A stretch of 64,000 nucleotides of DNA. It comes from Patescibacteria group bacterium. GTDB lineage: Bacteria > Patescibacteriota > Patescibacteriia > UBA10025 > JBIOWE01. The notes beneath the pieces are model-generated. The model searched no databases, had not been told where the DNA came from, and worked only from the letters and a program-made list of their open reading frames with translations. Positions 26,944 through 36,874 of the stretch are shown here, piece by piece. The DNA lies in contig JBIOWE010000013.1 of NCBI GenBank assembly GCA_044868145.1, forward strand, positions 6,611-70,610, in the 5' to 3' direction. Positions within the stretch are counted from its first letter, which is position 1. Every line of letters starts with the position of its first letter. Both the position numbers and the translations under genes were made by a program.

Positions 26944-28839
26944 CTATTCGACGATAACGCCGCTCCTGGCCAACAAAGACCAGTCTCGGTCAAACGAGGC
27001 GGCAGAGTACACGCGCTCACCATACAGCGGGTCATTCACAATAATACTCGTCGGATTATCTTGCGAGCCGACAAATCCTTTGACCACACGAGTATGCTCG
27101 CCGTTAATCGCGAGAACGGTTTTACCGGTCGGCGTTTTCCAATCAATCCGTGCGCCGGTGGTCGCGTTGCCCCAAATAATCACGGGGTTACCCTTGGCAA
27201 TCTCGGCAGTTATCTGACTAATCGTGCCGCCGGTGAACGCGCGACTGGGACGGTATTGCGAACCGACGCGCGCGATCGGCTCCCAATACACGCCGTAGCC
27301 GGTTGTCGGCTGCCTGCCGTCCACGTTGCCGACAAACGCCGCATGCGGGTCACCCCACACATTGCCGTTATGCGGGGTCGGGTCAACGCCTATGCGATCC
27401 AAGAGTTCGTTTTCAGACACAAACACGCCTTTCGCGGCTAAAGCCATGCGCAACGCAGCAGCCTCGCACGACAAATTACGTTGCTGGCGATAATACGGCA
27501 CGGTAATGCGTACTTGCGTTGGCTCCGTGGTGAATGACACACGCATATCCTGCTTAGACGGAATTTTCTCGGAGCCGACAATGCCTGCGACGAGCGTGAC
27601 AGTGTACGTCATGTCGCGACTCAAGGTGGCGGGCTTAAAAGTGAGCGTTGAGCCAGACCAAGCAAACGATCCTTGAACAGGCGGCTGGATGGAAAATCGT
27701 TGTTCCGCGGAGGCATGGTCAACTTCCTGATCAAACGTAAACGAAAGCGATGCACCCGGTTTCACGCCGGTGGCACCGTTTGCGGGAGAGCTGTGACTGA
27801 GCTTTACGCTGCCTCTTGTCGTGAAGGTATAGACGGCGTCTTGCTCAAGGTATCCTCCTGCTTGAGTTCGCACGCCCGCCGGAATTGTCAGGGTGTAGCG
27901 CGTGTCCGGATCAAGCTTTTGGGGTTCGATCTTGTACGCCGTTTGGTCATCCGTTCTCCATGACCCGACCACGTTTGGTTCAACGAAAATTTTTACAGGG
28001 AGGTCTTGCGTATCCATTGGTTCGGAAAAGGTAATGTGCATTGTGCTCGCGCGATCAATGCTATCGCCAGTTGGGCCGACATCCACGATGCCCGGCGCTT
28101 GCCGCGTTTTCCAACTAGTCACGCTCACTTGTACCGGATCGCTCTGACTAATCACTATGCCCGTTTGCAAATCTTTTTGACTGGTGCGCTCAATGATCGT
28201 GAGTTGATACGTAGTGCCCTGCTGCAACCGTGTCTCAGGCCTTAAAGTGTACTCTTGCCCGTTTGCTGATTCCTCAACAGTGAACTGCGTTTCCGGGGCC
28301 AAGGTAAACTCATGAACAACAACGCCGGGGTTGGGGCTGTTGAGTCGCACATGAAACGTGGATTCCGGACTAATGGCGTCAGAGGAGTCGGATGCGGCGA
28401 CCTGTTCTATTTTGGGCGCTGGCTGAGTCGTGAACTGTATTGCCATATCTCGACCCACTCCTGCGGGCATCAAACCATTCCGCACGCCTTGCAGCCGTAT
28501 CGTGTACGTTGTGTTTGGCGCGAATGTCACGAGGGGCTGGAACGTCACGGTTTGCGTAAAAAACTTTTGTAAGAACTGGTCGCCGAACTGCCAATTCCCC
28601 AGCGCCGCGGGCTCAATCGTCGCTTCAATTGCGCGACTAATCGGCCGGTCAAAATGAATCGTAATCGGACTTGCCACGGACACGCGGTCGCCAAATTGGA
28701 CCACCTTTACCTCATGCTCAGGCGGTTTAGCCGCGATCGCCACGCCCGTGAACACAAAAACAAGGAGGCAAAGACTGCCTCCCAAGAGTATTTTTTCCTT
28801 TTTTGTTACGTGATGCGTTTTAGGAATTGCTTGCGGCAT
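26944..28839 (-). CDS. surface protein with tandem Ig-like domains and C-terminal C39-like peptidase
   Basis: Repeated ...F(D/S)xP...YT(L/I) Ig-like modules; VPYYRQ...SCEAA...EHTRVV...NDP. Confidence 0.85.
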   Translation of the reverse strand: MPQAIPKTHHVTKKEKILLGGSLCLLVFVFTGVAIAAKPPEHEVKVVQFGDRVSVASPITIHFDRPISRAIEATIEPAALGNWQFGDQFLQKFFTQTVTFQPLVTFAPNTTYTIRLQGVRNGLMPAGVGRDMAIQFTTQPAPKIEQVAASDSSDAISPESTFHVRLNSPNPGVVVHEFTLAPETQFTVEESANGQEYTLRPETRLQQGTTYQLTIIERTSQKDLQTGIVISQSDPVQVSVTSWKTRQAPGIVDVGPTGDSIDRASTMHITFSEPMDTQDLPVKIFVEPNVVGSWRTDDQTAYKIEPQKLDPDTRYTLTIPAGVRTQAGGYLEQDAVYTFTTRGSVKLSHSSPANGATGVKPGASLSFTFDQEVDHASAEQRFSIQPPVQGSFAWSGSTLTFKPATLSRDMTYTVTLVAGIVGSEKIPSKQDMRVSFTTEPTQVRITVPYYRQQRNLSCEAAALRMALAAKGVFVSENELLDRIGVDPTPHNGNVWGDPHAAFVGNVDGRQPTTGYGVYWEPIARVGSQYRPSRAFTGGTISQITAEIAKGNPVIIWGNATTGARIDWKTPTGKTVLAINGEHTRVVKGFVGSQDNPTSIIVNDPLYGERVYSAASFDRDWSLLARSGVIVE

Positions 28840-28900
28840 GCGTTCTTATTGTACGTAAAAAAATGACCTATGTCGAGGAAACACGCTTGTCACATTGCCG

Positions 28901-29042
28901 TGTCATTCTGAGGAAGCCGAGCCGTGAGCTTGCCGAACGGTCGAGGCTGACGAAGAATCTCCTGGCCATTATCTTTTAGCAAGGAGATTTCTCCTCGCCC
29001 GGCCGCGTAAATTCTATACGCGGCGAGGTCGTCGAAAAGACA
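28901..29042. repeat. long composite palindromic repeat (TGTCATTCTGAG...GAAGAATCTC / GAGATTTCTC...GAAAAGACA type)
   Basis: Imperfect terminal inverted arms with nested hairpins. Confidence 0.6.
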
Positions 29043-29088
29043 GCAAAAATAAAAAACCCCGGTTATTAAAACCAGGGTTCTTTTTGTA

Positions 29089-29348
29089 CACCCGAATGTC
29101 CAGCCATACTACCGGTCAGTATCGCCCTGAACATCTCTTTCCCCTAAACCTTACCCGGATTTTGGGTACTCCGATGTCCATTCTTCGAGACCCCCTGTGT
29201 TCAACAGAGGGCGGAGTCATAGAAGCCTGTGAGCGGCAGGCTGTTTTTGAATAGCCCGTTGGCAGGCGCGGCAATAAATCGCCAATGCTGGAGCCTTTAT
29301 GAAGGGCCATGTACCCCGCTCGACCGATATCAGCACTTCATTCGGGTG
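29089..29348 (-). ncRNA. candidate ~260-nt multibranched structured RNA
   Basis: 10-bp perfect closing stem, at least 6 internal stems with G-U pairs on the minus strand, terminator at 29046-29085. Confidence 0.6.
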
Positions 29349-29382
29349 AATGTAAAGGACTTTTTGGAGGAACCTTTAAAAT

Positions 29383-29826
29383 CTAGTAAGAGTTTTGGGG
29401 AACTGCCAGAAAGCGGCAGACCGGAGACCATGGATAGTCGTTCGGTGCGAGACCAAGATGTCGACCCTGGCAGGTCTGGCGCGGAAAGAGGACGTACAAG
29501 CGGTGATCCTCCCAGCTGTACCATCTTGATCCAAGAAGTACCAGGGGAAACTCATACGTCTGAAACGTGGCAGTAAACGTCAGGAGGTCCTTAACCGATC
29601 CTGAACAGAGTTTGTTCTCTTTGAAAAAATTCAGCGTGTCGTCGCTTTCGATGAACTCGTCGAAATGGACAATCTGCACCTCTCGTTCGGCCTTAACATA
29701 GGATCCAAGCGGAAAGTGCTTCTCCGTCGCTTGCTGGTCAACCCAGGAAAAGCGACTCTTGTCTATCAGACCATCGAACAGTGCTGACACGAGGTGAAGC
29801 CGGTGTTTCTGAATTGTTAAACCCAT
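29383..29826 (-). CDS. hypothetical protein (CPR-type family ending ...W...RFLAV)
   Basis: SD AGGAGG; own promoter TTGACA(~29889)-18-TAGTGT. Confidence 0.75.
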   Translation of the reverse strand: MGLTIQKHRLHLVSALFDGLIDKSRFSWVDQQATEKHFPLGSYVKAEREVQIVHFDEFIESDDTLNFFKENKLCSGSVKDLLTFTATFQTYEFPLVLLGSRWYSWEDHRLYVLFPRQTCQGRHLGLAPNDYPWSPVCRFLAVPQNSY

Positions 29827-29910
29827 CTCGCCCTCCTTTTTTTGGTTTTTGTAATGACTACACTACCACAATGGTTGGCTGATTGTCAAACGAAAAAAGA
29901 CAGTCAATAC

Positions 29911-29946
29911 AAAAGCCGCTCCTTTTTCTTGGAACGGCTTTTTTTG
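29911..29946. terminator. intrinsic terminator after the Rhs gene
   Basis: AAAAGCCG...CGGCTTTTTT. Confidence 0.65.
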
Positions 29947-29955
29947 GGAAAATCC

Positions 29956-32900
29956 TTAGTATGAATTATACCACAAACCATAGTCTGATGATTCTATATG
30001 CTCCTCCTCGGCCCGCGGATTCAGGGATGGAGCGGGGGGCAATGGACCCTGGACGCCTAGGCCGCCTTTCGGCGGACCCTCGGATTTGTTGGCTCCTGGA
30101 CCAACATTACCCGGAGCATTTTGCGATGGCGTACCGCCACCACCGCTACTTGGGCCAGATGGGATAGGACTAGCTGGGTTGGATAGCGGTGGGTTTAAAT
30201 TTATGTCGCCCATAGCTGTCGGCTGAATATAATCTTCGCCCGGATAGGATGATTGTGGTGCGGTTTTTGGATTCTTCGCCGCCTTAATTACTTCTTCTTT
30301 TACCTTATCCTTTAGTTCTTCTAAAAGCTTTTCTCCTATCTCTCCTAATGCGCCTTTTACGGCTTTAACTCCGGACTTTTCGCAGCCTAAGGTTACACTC
30401 CTTAACAAACCACGTGCTAATTTCGTACCTAGGTTCTTTACGGCTGATGCGGCGTTGAGACCAGTAAGAGTCCAGTCTCCCGTTGTGCTCCCTGCATCGA
30501 TCAATTCCTGGTCTTCGGAAGGTAAATCTTTTTGTCCTTCTACTTCACCCGACAAGGCACCGAGGGTACAATTTTCTAACACCCCTTGCAAATAACCCAA
30601 AAGTGTCAAGCTTGATTCCACCGAAACAATCTCCTCTACAGTCTCGGAGTAGGCGTTTGATACATTTTGTCCTGCATCACTCAATGAATCTGCGAAATCT
30701 CTTTCAGGAATGCCGGGCCCCGCACTGCTAGACCCTGCACCGGAAGGATCTGACCGATCAGGATAATACAGACCGCGAGGATCGGTTCTATTAATAGGGT
30801 TCTCAGCCACATACGCCAGCCCATTCCCAAGATTCATCGGGTCCGTCCACGTGCCAATCGGGTCGCGTTGGATGAAGCGGCCGAGCACAGGACTATACAT
30901 TCTATTGTGGTAGTCGTAGAGCCCTGTTTCGCTGTCGAAACGTTGGCCGGTGAATAGGTACGGGTTGCCGATTGCTGAACTGCCGATGTCAGTTCCGCTC
31001 GCGTTACGGAATGTAGGCTTGCCGTACGGATCATAGTCGTACCGCTCAACAACGTTTCCAGACGAATCCGTTACCGCGCTAACGCTGCCAAGACTATTGA
31101 GATGCGCTGTGTAGTCTTGACCGCTACGTTTAAAGCCGACGAGTTCGTTGGCCCCGGAACCCCAGACATTCGTTGCCTGGACCACGTCGCTGCCATCGCG
31201 TTCTTCCACAGTTTCGAAGCCGCTGTAATAAAACTTCGTGGTTGTTGCGCCGACGATTTTGTTAATCCGACGACCGAGTACATCATACGCGTACGAGGCA
31301 ATCGTTGTCGTACCTGGAGCATCTTTCACGGTGAGGAGCTGGTTCCGATAGTCGTAAACGTATTGATATGTTCCGTCGGACTTCAAGTTCCCGTTCACAT
31401 CGTACGTAAGGCCTGCAGCCCCGACTGTGGTGTACTGGTTCATCTGGCTGTCGGCCGGATTCGGCGTTGTTCCATCCATGACGTACGAAGTGGGTGTGCC
31501 GTTCTCCGTGACACTCGTGCGATTGTTCACGCCGTCAATTGCGTAGTCAATCGTTTTCTGCACCGCACCGGTGTTTGCAACCGGATCGTCAAGGCCCAAC
31601 TTGGCCTGCGTCAGCCGGTACGCGGCATCGTAGCTGTAGCGGTCGCCTTTGCCGCTCCATGGAGCGTGGTTCTTCTTCTCGTACAGTCGGACATTCACGC
31701 TATCAAACCCGTATTGAAAGTCCGTAATGGTTGTGAGCGGCGATACCTTCTCGTCAACAAGATGCGTGATTCTGCGAATCGTGTCGTATGTTACCGTGGC
31801 CTGCGTGCCATTGCCGAACGTGCGTTTGGAAACGCGTCCAAAGCCGAGATAGTCGTTATCAACAATTTGTGAACCATTCGTGATGGTCTGAAGCCGATCC
31901 AACGCGTCAAAGGTTTGATCAAGCGTCCTGCCACCGGGGTAAACGAGGCTCGTCGGGTCGGCGACACTGTTAAACGTGCGGCTAAGAACCTTACCGTTCT
32001 GCGTTTCTGTGCGTGGCTGGCCGAACGAGTCGTATGTTGAGGTGACCATACTGTCCTCGTCTTGACCCAGCGTCATGCGGCTCAACCCGTCATAACCGTA
32101 TGTTTCGGCGGTTGTGCCGAGAACGCCCGGAGCCCGCACGATTGCTCGAGACGTCAAGCGATTTTCGTCATCGTAAACATTCGTGACCACTGACCCGTTT
32201 TGATCCATGGCCGTAAGTACATTGTCGTTCGCGTCGTACGTTTGCGAAGACGTCGTTGCGTCGGCATAGAGCGTTGACGTCAAACGGTTCAGCGCGTCGT
32301 ATGAATAGATTGATGTGTGATTGTTGTCGTCGGTTTGTGAGGCTAGTCGCGAGTTATCATCCCACGCCTGCAAAATCGTAATGGAAGGATCCGCGTCCAT
32401 TCTCGTTTGACGACTCAATCCATCGTACGTGAACGTTGAAACGCTCCCTTTCGCGTCAGTCGTGCGGACAACGTTGCTCCGGCTGTCGTAGGCGTAGGTG
32501 GTCGTCTGACTCAACGGGTCACCCTGTTGCAGCACTTGTGTGGTGAGCCGGTCGAGATCATCGTAGGTGAAGGTGGTGGTCGTGTTCACTGCGGGACCGC
32601 TCACCTCCGGCAGCTCGTGCTCAACCGTGCTGATTACGTTGCTATTTGCGTCGTAGGTGTTCGTGACCGTATTGAGCAGCGGATCCGTGGCCACAGTCAT
32701 TCGGCTCATCCCATCGTATGCGAAAAGCGAATCTCGATTGAGATCGTCTCGAGTTTTTACTAGGCGGCTGTTTTGATCGTACTGGAACTTTGTCGTTCTC
32801 GGATCACCAGGAAGTGCGGCTTGCGTTGCAGGATCAAAATAGGATGCATCCGACTGGAACTCTCGGTTGAGTTCGTCATATTGAAAGGCGGACTCGGCGA

Positions 32901-35328
32901 GTCGGACGTTCCCGCCGCCGGTTTGATTCAAATGGCCTTCATATTTCGAGGTCAACATATTGCCGTTCATGTCGTACGTGAACAACGTTTTGAAACCGAG
33001 CGGGCTTAACCCCTGGGTAAGACGGTCGAAAGGATCGTAGGTGAATTGAGTCATCTTGCCACGGCCGTCAACGCTTTTGATGGTGTTGAAATTCGCGTCG
33101 TACGTAAACGCTTGCGTGGAAGCGCCTGCAGCTCCAAACCCGCGAGTTACCTGATAAGGACGATTACGTCCGTCGTAAATTGTTTTGACGCTGTTGCCAA
33201 ACGGTTCAATAACCTTTGTCACGTTCTCATTCGGATCGTATTCATAGGTCGTCATGACATTCTTTGGCGAATCGTCAACCTCGCGGGTTTCCGTAAGCGG
33301 GTGGTTCAGGATGTCATACGTCCAGGACGAAGTCAGACGATTGTTGGGGTAGAAATTACCGTTCTCGTCCTTGTTGTCCACGTCCACGCGGATGACGTTT
33401 CCGTTCGCGTCGTAGGTGTAATCCGCGGCAATGATAAGCGGATGCCGACCGACAGATCTTGTTACCTGGTTCATGGCGTTTACCGCGTATGTGGAGGCCT
33501 GGCCTTTGCCATCCGTAAACGAGGTGAGGTTTCCCACCGAGTCGTATGTGTAGCTATTGGTAATCGCTGCTCCGCCGCTATCACTTGTGACAGACTGGAG
33601 ATAGCCATTGTTTAGACCGGAGGCGTAATACGCGTAAACGTCGTAATTCCCTTCAGGATGGGTGAGCCTGGTGACCTGGCCGTATTGGTTGTACCGCGTG
33701 GTTGAGGCGGGTTGTTGCGGCTGGCTCAATCCGACAGTCACGGCCGGGGCTTGCACTTTCACCACATTGCCGGCTGTTTGATTCGTTATCTCGTCCCCGT
33801 TCAAATCACCCAGCGTTCCTTCTTCGTAATCATAGAAATAGGTCGTTACTTTCCCTTTCGGGTCTGTCGCTGTTTTGATGAACTGAAAATTCGGTTCGTA
33901 CGTGTAGGACATTACAATGTCCGGGTCCACGCCGAGCGATCCTGCCTTTCGGTTTGTTGACAAAAGGTTGGCCCGCTTTTTCGGATCAGGGTTCGCTGCG
34001 TCGTATGTAAACGACGTTTGATTCCCTCGCGGATACGTTACCAAGCTCAGGGAACCCATGCTGTCATACGCATACATAGTTTCCCAATACGGCGGGTCGT
34101 CCGGATTCACGCCGTTCGAGTACACCTTCTCTTTCGACGGCTGGCCGGAGCTGTTGTAGAACCAGTCCTTGATATTACCATTGCGATCCGTAACGCGCGT
34201 GTAGCTTTGCTCTGGATGGTAGTCGTAAAGATATGTGCCGTTACCGTATACCTGGCTCGACACTCGATCAGACCCATCATACACGTTCGTCAGGAACACC
34301 TGGCCCTTGGGGTCTTTGATCGTCAACAGGTTATGGTTCAAGGTGCCGGGGGTGAGTCCGATTGAATATGTGTACGTTGTCTGACGGCCAGCCGGAAAAT
34401 CCTGGGTTGCCGGAGACGTGACAATGGACAGGTTGCCATCAGCATCGTACGTATACGTCACGCGGCGACTGGTGTAATCCTGCACTGCGGTTATCCTGCC
34501 ATTCGCGTCGTATGCCAGGTAGATGTTTCTGCTAAGCGTGTCAAGAACGCGGACAAGCAAGTTACCGGAATAGAAAAACGTCAGCGTATTGCCATTGCGG
34601 TCAATCATCTGCTTAAGCAAACCATCGTTCGATTGGCTCGCGAACCCGTAGAACACGTACTGGAACCCGTCCGGCTCAAGCAGTGTGTACGTACCATTCC
34701 CGTTCAGACTGATCGTATCGAAGAAACCCGGCGCGGTGTATACGCCTCCATTCAAGGTGTAAAGGTCGTTGAACCGGTTACCAGGCGGCGCGTTGCCTTG
34801 TGGCGTGATAATGCCATGATAAAGGCGGATATTTGAACCGTCCTGCAGAATTCGTTTATTGTAATTAAACTCCCAGCCATAACCAAGACTGCCGCTGTAT
34901 GTAAGCTGTGCGCGGTACACGCGTTGGAATGCAAAGTCCAGCCCCCTACCCGGAATCACCAGATCGGTGGCCTCGAGATAAAATTCACCGTTTTGAAGAT
35001 AAACGGGTTCGCCGTCCGATGTCGGGGTTCCGACCGGAGTGGACGGGATGGACGGAGGAGGAGAACCTCCCCCACCGTGACAGCCTGCGGCGTTTGCTGT
35101 GGGTATAAGGAGAAGTCGCTCAACGACAAACTGAAAACGCTGTAGTGGATTCCTGTGGGTGTTGAATGCTTGAATCCAGGGGCACCTGGCGTACGCGTGC
35201 CAGATCGGTAACCCAATAAAGACAAGAATAAAAAAAATCGCGACGATCAAAGTACGAGCACGAAACGACTTCAACCCTTTTGTGTTAAATTCTCTCCGTT
35301 GAGTATTTTTCTTAACAAAATTTGGCAT
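29956..35328 (-). CDS. Rhs/YD-repeat protein (1790 aa) with N-terminal export leader and 270-aa C-terminal domain
   Basis: GEPVYLQNGEF...DLVIPGRGL...R.Y N-terminal module; dozens of YD repeats; core NPYLFTGQRFDSETGLY...GRFIQRDPIG...PINRTDPRGL. Confidence 0.95.
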   Translation of the reverse strand: MPNFVKKNTQRREFNTKGLKSFRARTLIVAIFFILVFIGLPIWHAYARCPWIQAFNTHRNPLQRFQFVVERLLLIPTANAAGCHGGGGSPPPSIPSTPVGTPTSDGEPVYLQNGEFYLEATDLVIPGRGLDFAFQRVYRAQLTYSGSLGYGWEFNYNKRILQDGSNIRLYHGIITPQGNAPPGNRFNDLYTLNGGVYTAPGFFDTISLNGNGTYTLLEPDGFQYVFYGFASQSNDGLLKQMIDRNGNTLTFFYSGNLLVRVLDTLSRNIYLAYDANGRITAVQDYTSRRVTYTYDADGNLSIVTSPATQDFPAGRQTTYTYSIGLTPGTLNHNLLTIKDPKGQVFLTNVYDGSDRVSSQVYGNGTYLYDYHPEQSYTRVTDRNGNIKDWFYNSSGQPSKEKVYSNGVNPDDPPYWETMYAYDSMGSLSLVTYPRGNQTSFTYDAANPDPKKRANLLSTNRKAGSLGVDPDIVMSYTYEPNFQFIKTATDPKGKVTTYFYDYEEGTLGDLNGDEITNQTAGNVVKVQAPAVTVGLSQPQQPASTTRYNQYGQVTRLTHPEGNYDVYAYYASGLNNGYLQSVTSDSGGAAITNSYTYDSVGNLTSFTDGKGQASTYAVNAMNQVTRSVGRHPLIIAADYTYDANGNVIRVDVDNKDENGNFYPNNRLTSSWTYDILNHPLTETREVDDSPKNVMTTYEYDPNENVTKVIEPFGNSVKTIYDGRNRPYQVTRGFGAAGASTQAFTYDANFNTIKSVDGRGKMTQFTYDPFDRLTQGLSPLGFKTLFTYDMNGNMLTSKYEGHLNQTGGGNVRLAESAFQYDELNREFQSDASYFDPATQAALPGDPRTTKFQYDQNSRLVKTRDDLNRDSLFAYDGMSRMTVATDPLLNTVTNTYDANSNVISTVEHELPEVSGPAVNTTTTFTYDDLDRLTTQVLQQGDPLSQTTTYAYDSRSNVVRTTDAKGSVSTFTYDGLSRQTRMDADPSITILQAWDDNSRLASQTDDNNHTSIYSYDALNRLTSTLYADATTSSQTYDANDNVLTAMDQNGSVVTNVYDDENRLTSRAIVRAPGVLGTTAETYGYDGLSRMTLGQDEDSMVTSTYDSFGQPRTETQNGKVLSRTFNSVADPTSLVYPGGRTLDQTFDALDRLQTITNGSQIVDNDYLGFGRVSKRTFGNGTQATVTYDTIRRITHLVDEKVSPLTTITDFQYGFDSVNVRLYEKKNHAPWSGKGDRYSYDAAYRLTQAKLGLDDPVANTGAVQKTIDYAIDGVNNRTSVTENGTPTSYVMDGTTPNPADSQMNQYTTVGAAGLTYDVNGNLKSDGTYQYVYDYRNQLLTVKDAPGTTTIASYAYDVLGRRINKIVGATTTKFYYSGFETVEERDGSDVVQATNVWGSGANELVGFKRSGQDYTAHLNSLGSVSAVTDSSGNVVERYDYDPYGKPTFRNASGTDIGSSAIGNPYLFTGQRFDSETGLYDYHNRMYSPVLGRFIQRDPIGTWTDPMNLGNGLAYVAENPINRTDPRGLYYPDRSDPSGAGSSSAGPGIPERDFADSLSDAGQNVSNAYSETVEEIVSVESSLTLLGYLQGVLENCTLGALSGEVEGQKDLPSEDQELIDAGSTTGDWTLTGLNAASAVKNLGTKLARGLLRSVTLGCEKSGVKAVKGALGEIGEKLLEELKDKVKEEVIKAAKNPKTAPQSSYPGEDYIQPTAMGDINLNPPLSNPASPIPSGPSSGGGGTPSQNAPGNVGPGANKSEGPPKGGLGVQGPLPPAPSLNPRAEEEHIESSDYGLWYNSY

Positions 35329-35552
35329 AAAGTATCTTGTGGATAAAGGCTAAAGGATTGATCATCTTACCCTTAGATGGCTAGCAAGGCAAGCACAAAA
35401 CATACCCCCTAACGAAGTGAGATATGTTTTGTTTTTTGGATTTTATCTTTACTGAACCACCCAAATCGCTTCAAGCGCTCTTTCGTTCAAAACTCCACAA
35501 AGGGGTTCTGTGGACCCCTTCGAAGAGTACGGTTAAGTAAACGAAAACGTTC

Positions 35553-35738
35553 TTACTCTTTCCAAGCGTGATGGAAATACAGTGCCGCAAGAAAAGACGT
35601 CATCGAGAGTTGCAGGTAGAAGCTCGAGCTGATGTACAGGAAGGCACCAGAGATTTCCGTGTAGAAGCCAAAGATGCCGGTAACCAGTCCAAATACTGCA
35701 AACGCTGTCGGCACCATTTTCGCTTTCATCATCATCAT
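35553..35738 (-). CDS. small 2-TM membrane protein
   Basis: About 61-aa hydrophobic ORF downstream of gap. Confidence 0.55.
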   Translation of the reverse strand: MMMMKAKMVPTAFAVFGLVTGIFGFYTEISGAFLYISSSFYLQLSMTSFLAALYFHHAWKE

Positions 35739-35813
35739 ACGTGTTTTGAGTTTTATTAATTTACCTGCCACGTTCGACCGCCCGCGTGGCAAAAAAATGC
35801 CTTTTTTATCGAT

Positions 35814-36830
35814 TTATCTATGAGAAAGTTGATTCGCGACTAACTGCGCAATTTCGACTAATCGACAAGAGTATCCCCACTCATTATCGTACCAAGCGAC
35901 AATTTTGACAAGATCCCCGTCAATAACCTTCGTAAGCGACAAATCCACCACTGTGGAATGGCTATTGCCGATAAAATCGGACGAAACAAGGGGTTCGTCG
36001 GTCACATCGAGGATACCCTTGAAACGAGGTTGTTTCTTTGCTTCCCGAAATGCCTCATTCACCTTGTCAACCGTCACCCTTTTTTTGAGGAGAAACGTGA
36101 AGTCGGAAAGCGACACGTCCATCGTCGGCACACGCACGGCCATGCCGTCGAACAACCCTTTCAATTCTGGAATGGTCTCGGTCGTGGCAATGGCGGCGCC
36201 AGTTGTTGTTGGCACAATATTCTGGGCTGCGGCGCGAGCCCGGCGCAAATCCTTATGCGGGCCGTCCACAAGGTTCTGATCCGCGGTATAGGAGTGAATC
36301 GTGGTGAGAATCGCTTTTTTAACGCCGAACCGTTCATGCATCACTTTTGCGACTGGCGCGACGCTGTTCGTTGTGCACGATGAATTGGAAATAATATGCT
36401 CGTTCGCGTCCAAACGATCGTCATTGACGCCGAGCACGAATGTACCAACATCGCCGCCCTGGGGGGGCGCCGAGATGACAACGCGCTTGGCGCCGGCTTG
36501 TATGTGCGCTGACGCAAGCTCTTTTGTAATAAATCTGCCGGTGCTTTCTATAACGATATCCACGCGCATTTTTTTCCAGGGCAGCTTTGCGGGATCCTTT
36601 TCCGCGATGACTGGGTATTCTTTCCGGTCAACAACCACTGACGTTTTGGTAAACGTAACATCACGGTTATACGTGCGGTATACCGTGTCATATTTCAGTA
36701 AATGCGCCAGCGTCTTTGTGTCTGTCAGGTCGTTGATGGCGACTATCTCCAGAGACGTTTTGTCGAGAGCGGCTTTGAATGCCGCTCTGCCGATGCGCCC
36801 GAAACCATTAATTGCAATGCGTGCCCCCAT
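35814..36830 (-). CDS. gap: glyceraldehyde-3-phosphate dehydrogenase, type I
   Basis: INGFGRIGR, SCTTN, WYDNEWGYS. Confidence 0.97.
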   Translation of the reverse strand: MGARIAINGFGRIGRAAFKAALDKTSLEIVAINDLTDTKTLAHLLKYDTVYRTYNRDVTFTKTSVVVDRKEYPVIAEKDPAKLPWKKMRVDIVIESTGRFITKELASAHIQAGAKRVVISAPPQGGDVGTFVLGVNDDRLDANEHIISNSSCTTNSVAPVAKVMHERFGVKKAILTTIHSYTADQNLVDGPHKDLRRARAAAQNIVPTTTGAAIATTETIPELKGLFDGMAVRVPTMDVSLSDFTFLLKKRVTVDKVNEAFREAKKQPRFKGILDVTDEPLVSSDFIGNSHSTVVDLSLTKVIDGDLVKIVAWYDNEWGYSCRLVEIAQLVANQLSHR

Positions 36831-36874
36831 GGTATGTGTGGTTATTGTATCATACTGCGGCTGCTCCCACCAGC

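Noticed and set aside
29116-29310. 64-aa ORF inside the structured region
   Set aside because: It has no SD and no recognisable features, and it is entirely embedded in dense base-paired structure.
29383-29826. Rhs immunity gene
   Set aside because: It is separated from rhs by a terminator, has its own promoter and resembles a generic CPR family. Not fully excluded.
4140-35346. Replication origin suggested by perfect DnaA boxes (4140, 17840, 18144, 35338)
   Set aside because: The boxes are isolated and promoter-adjacent rather than clustered, and there is no dnaA/dnaN or evident unwinding element.
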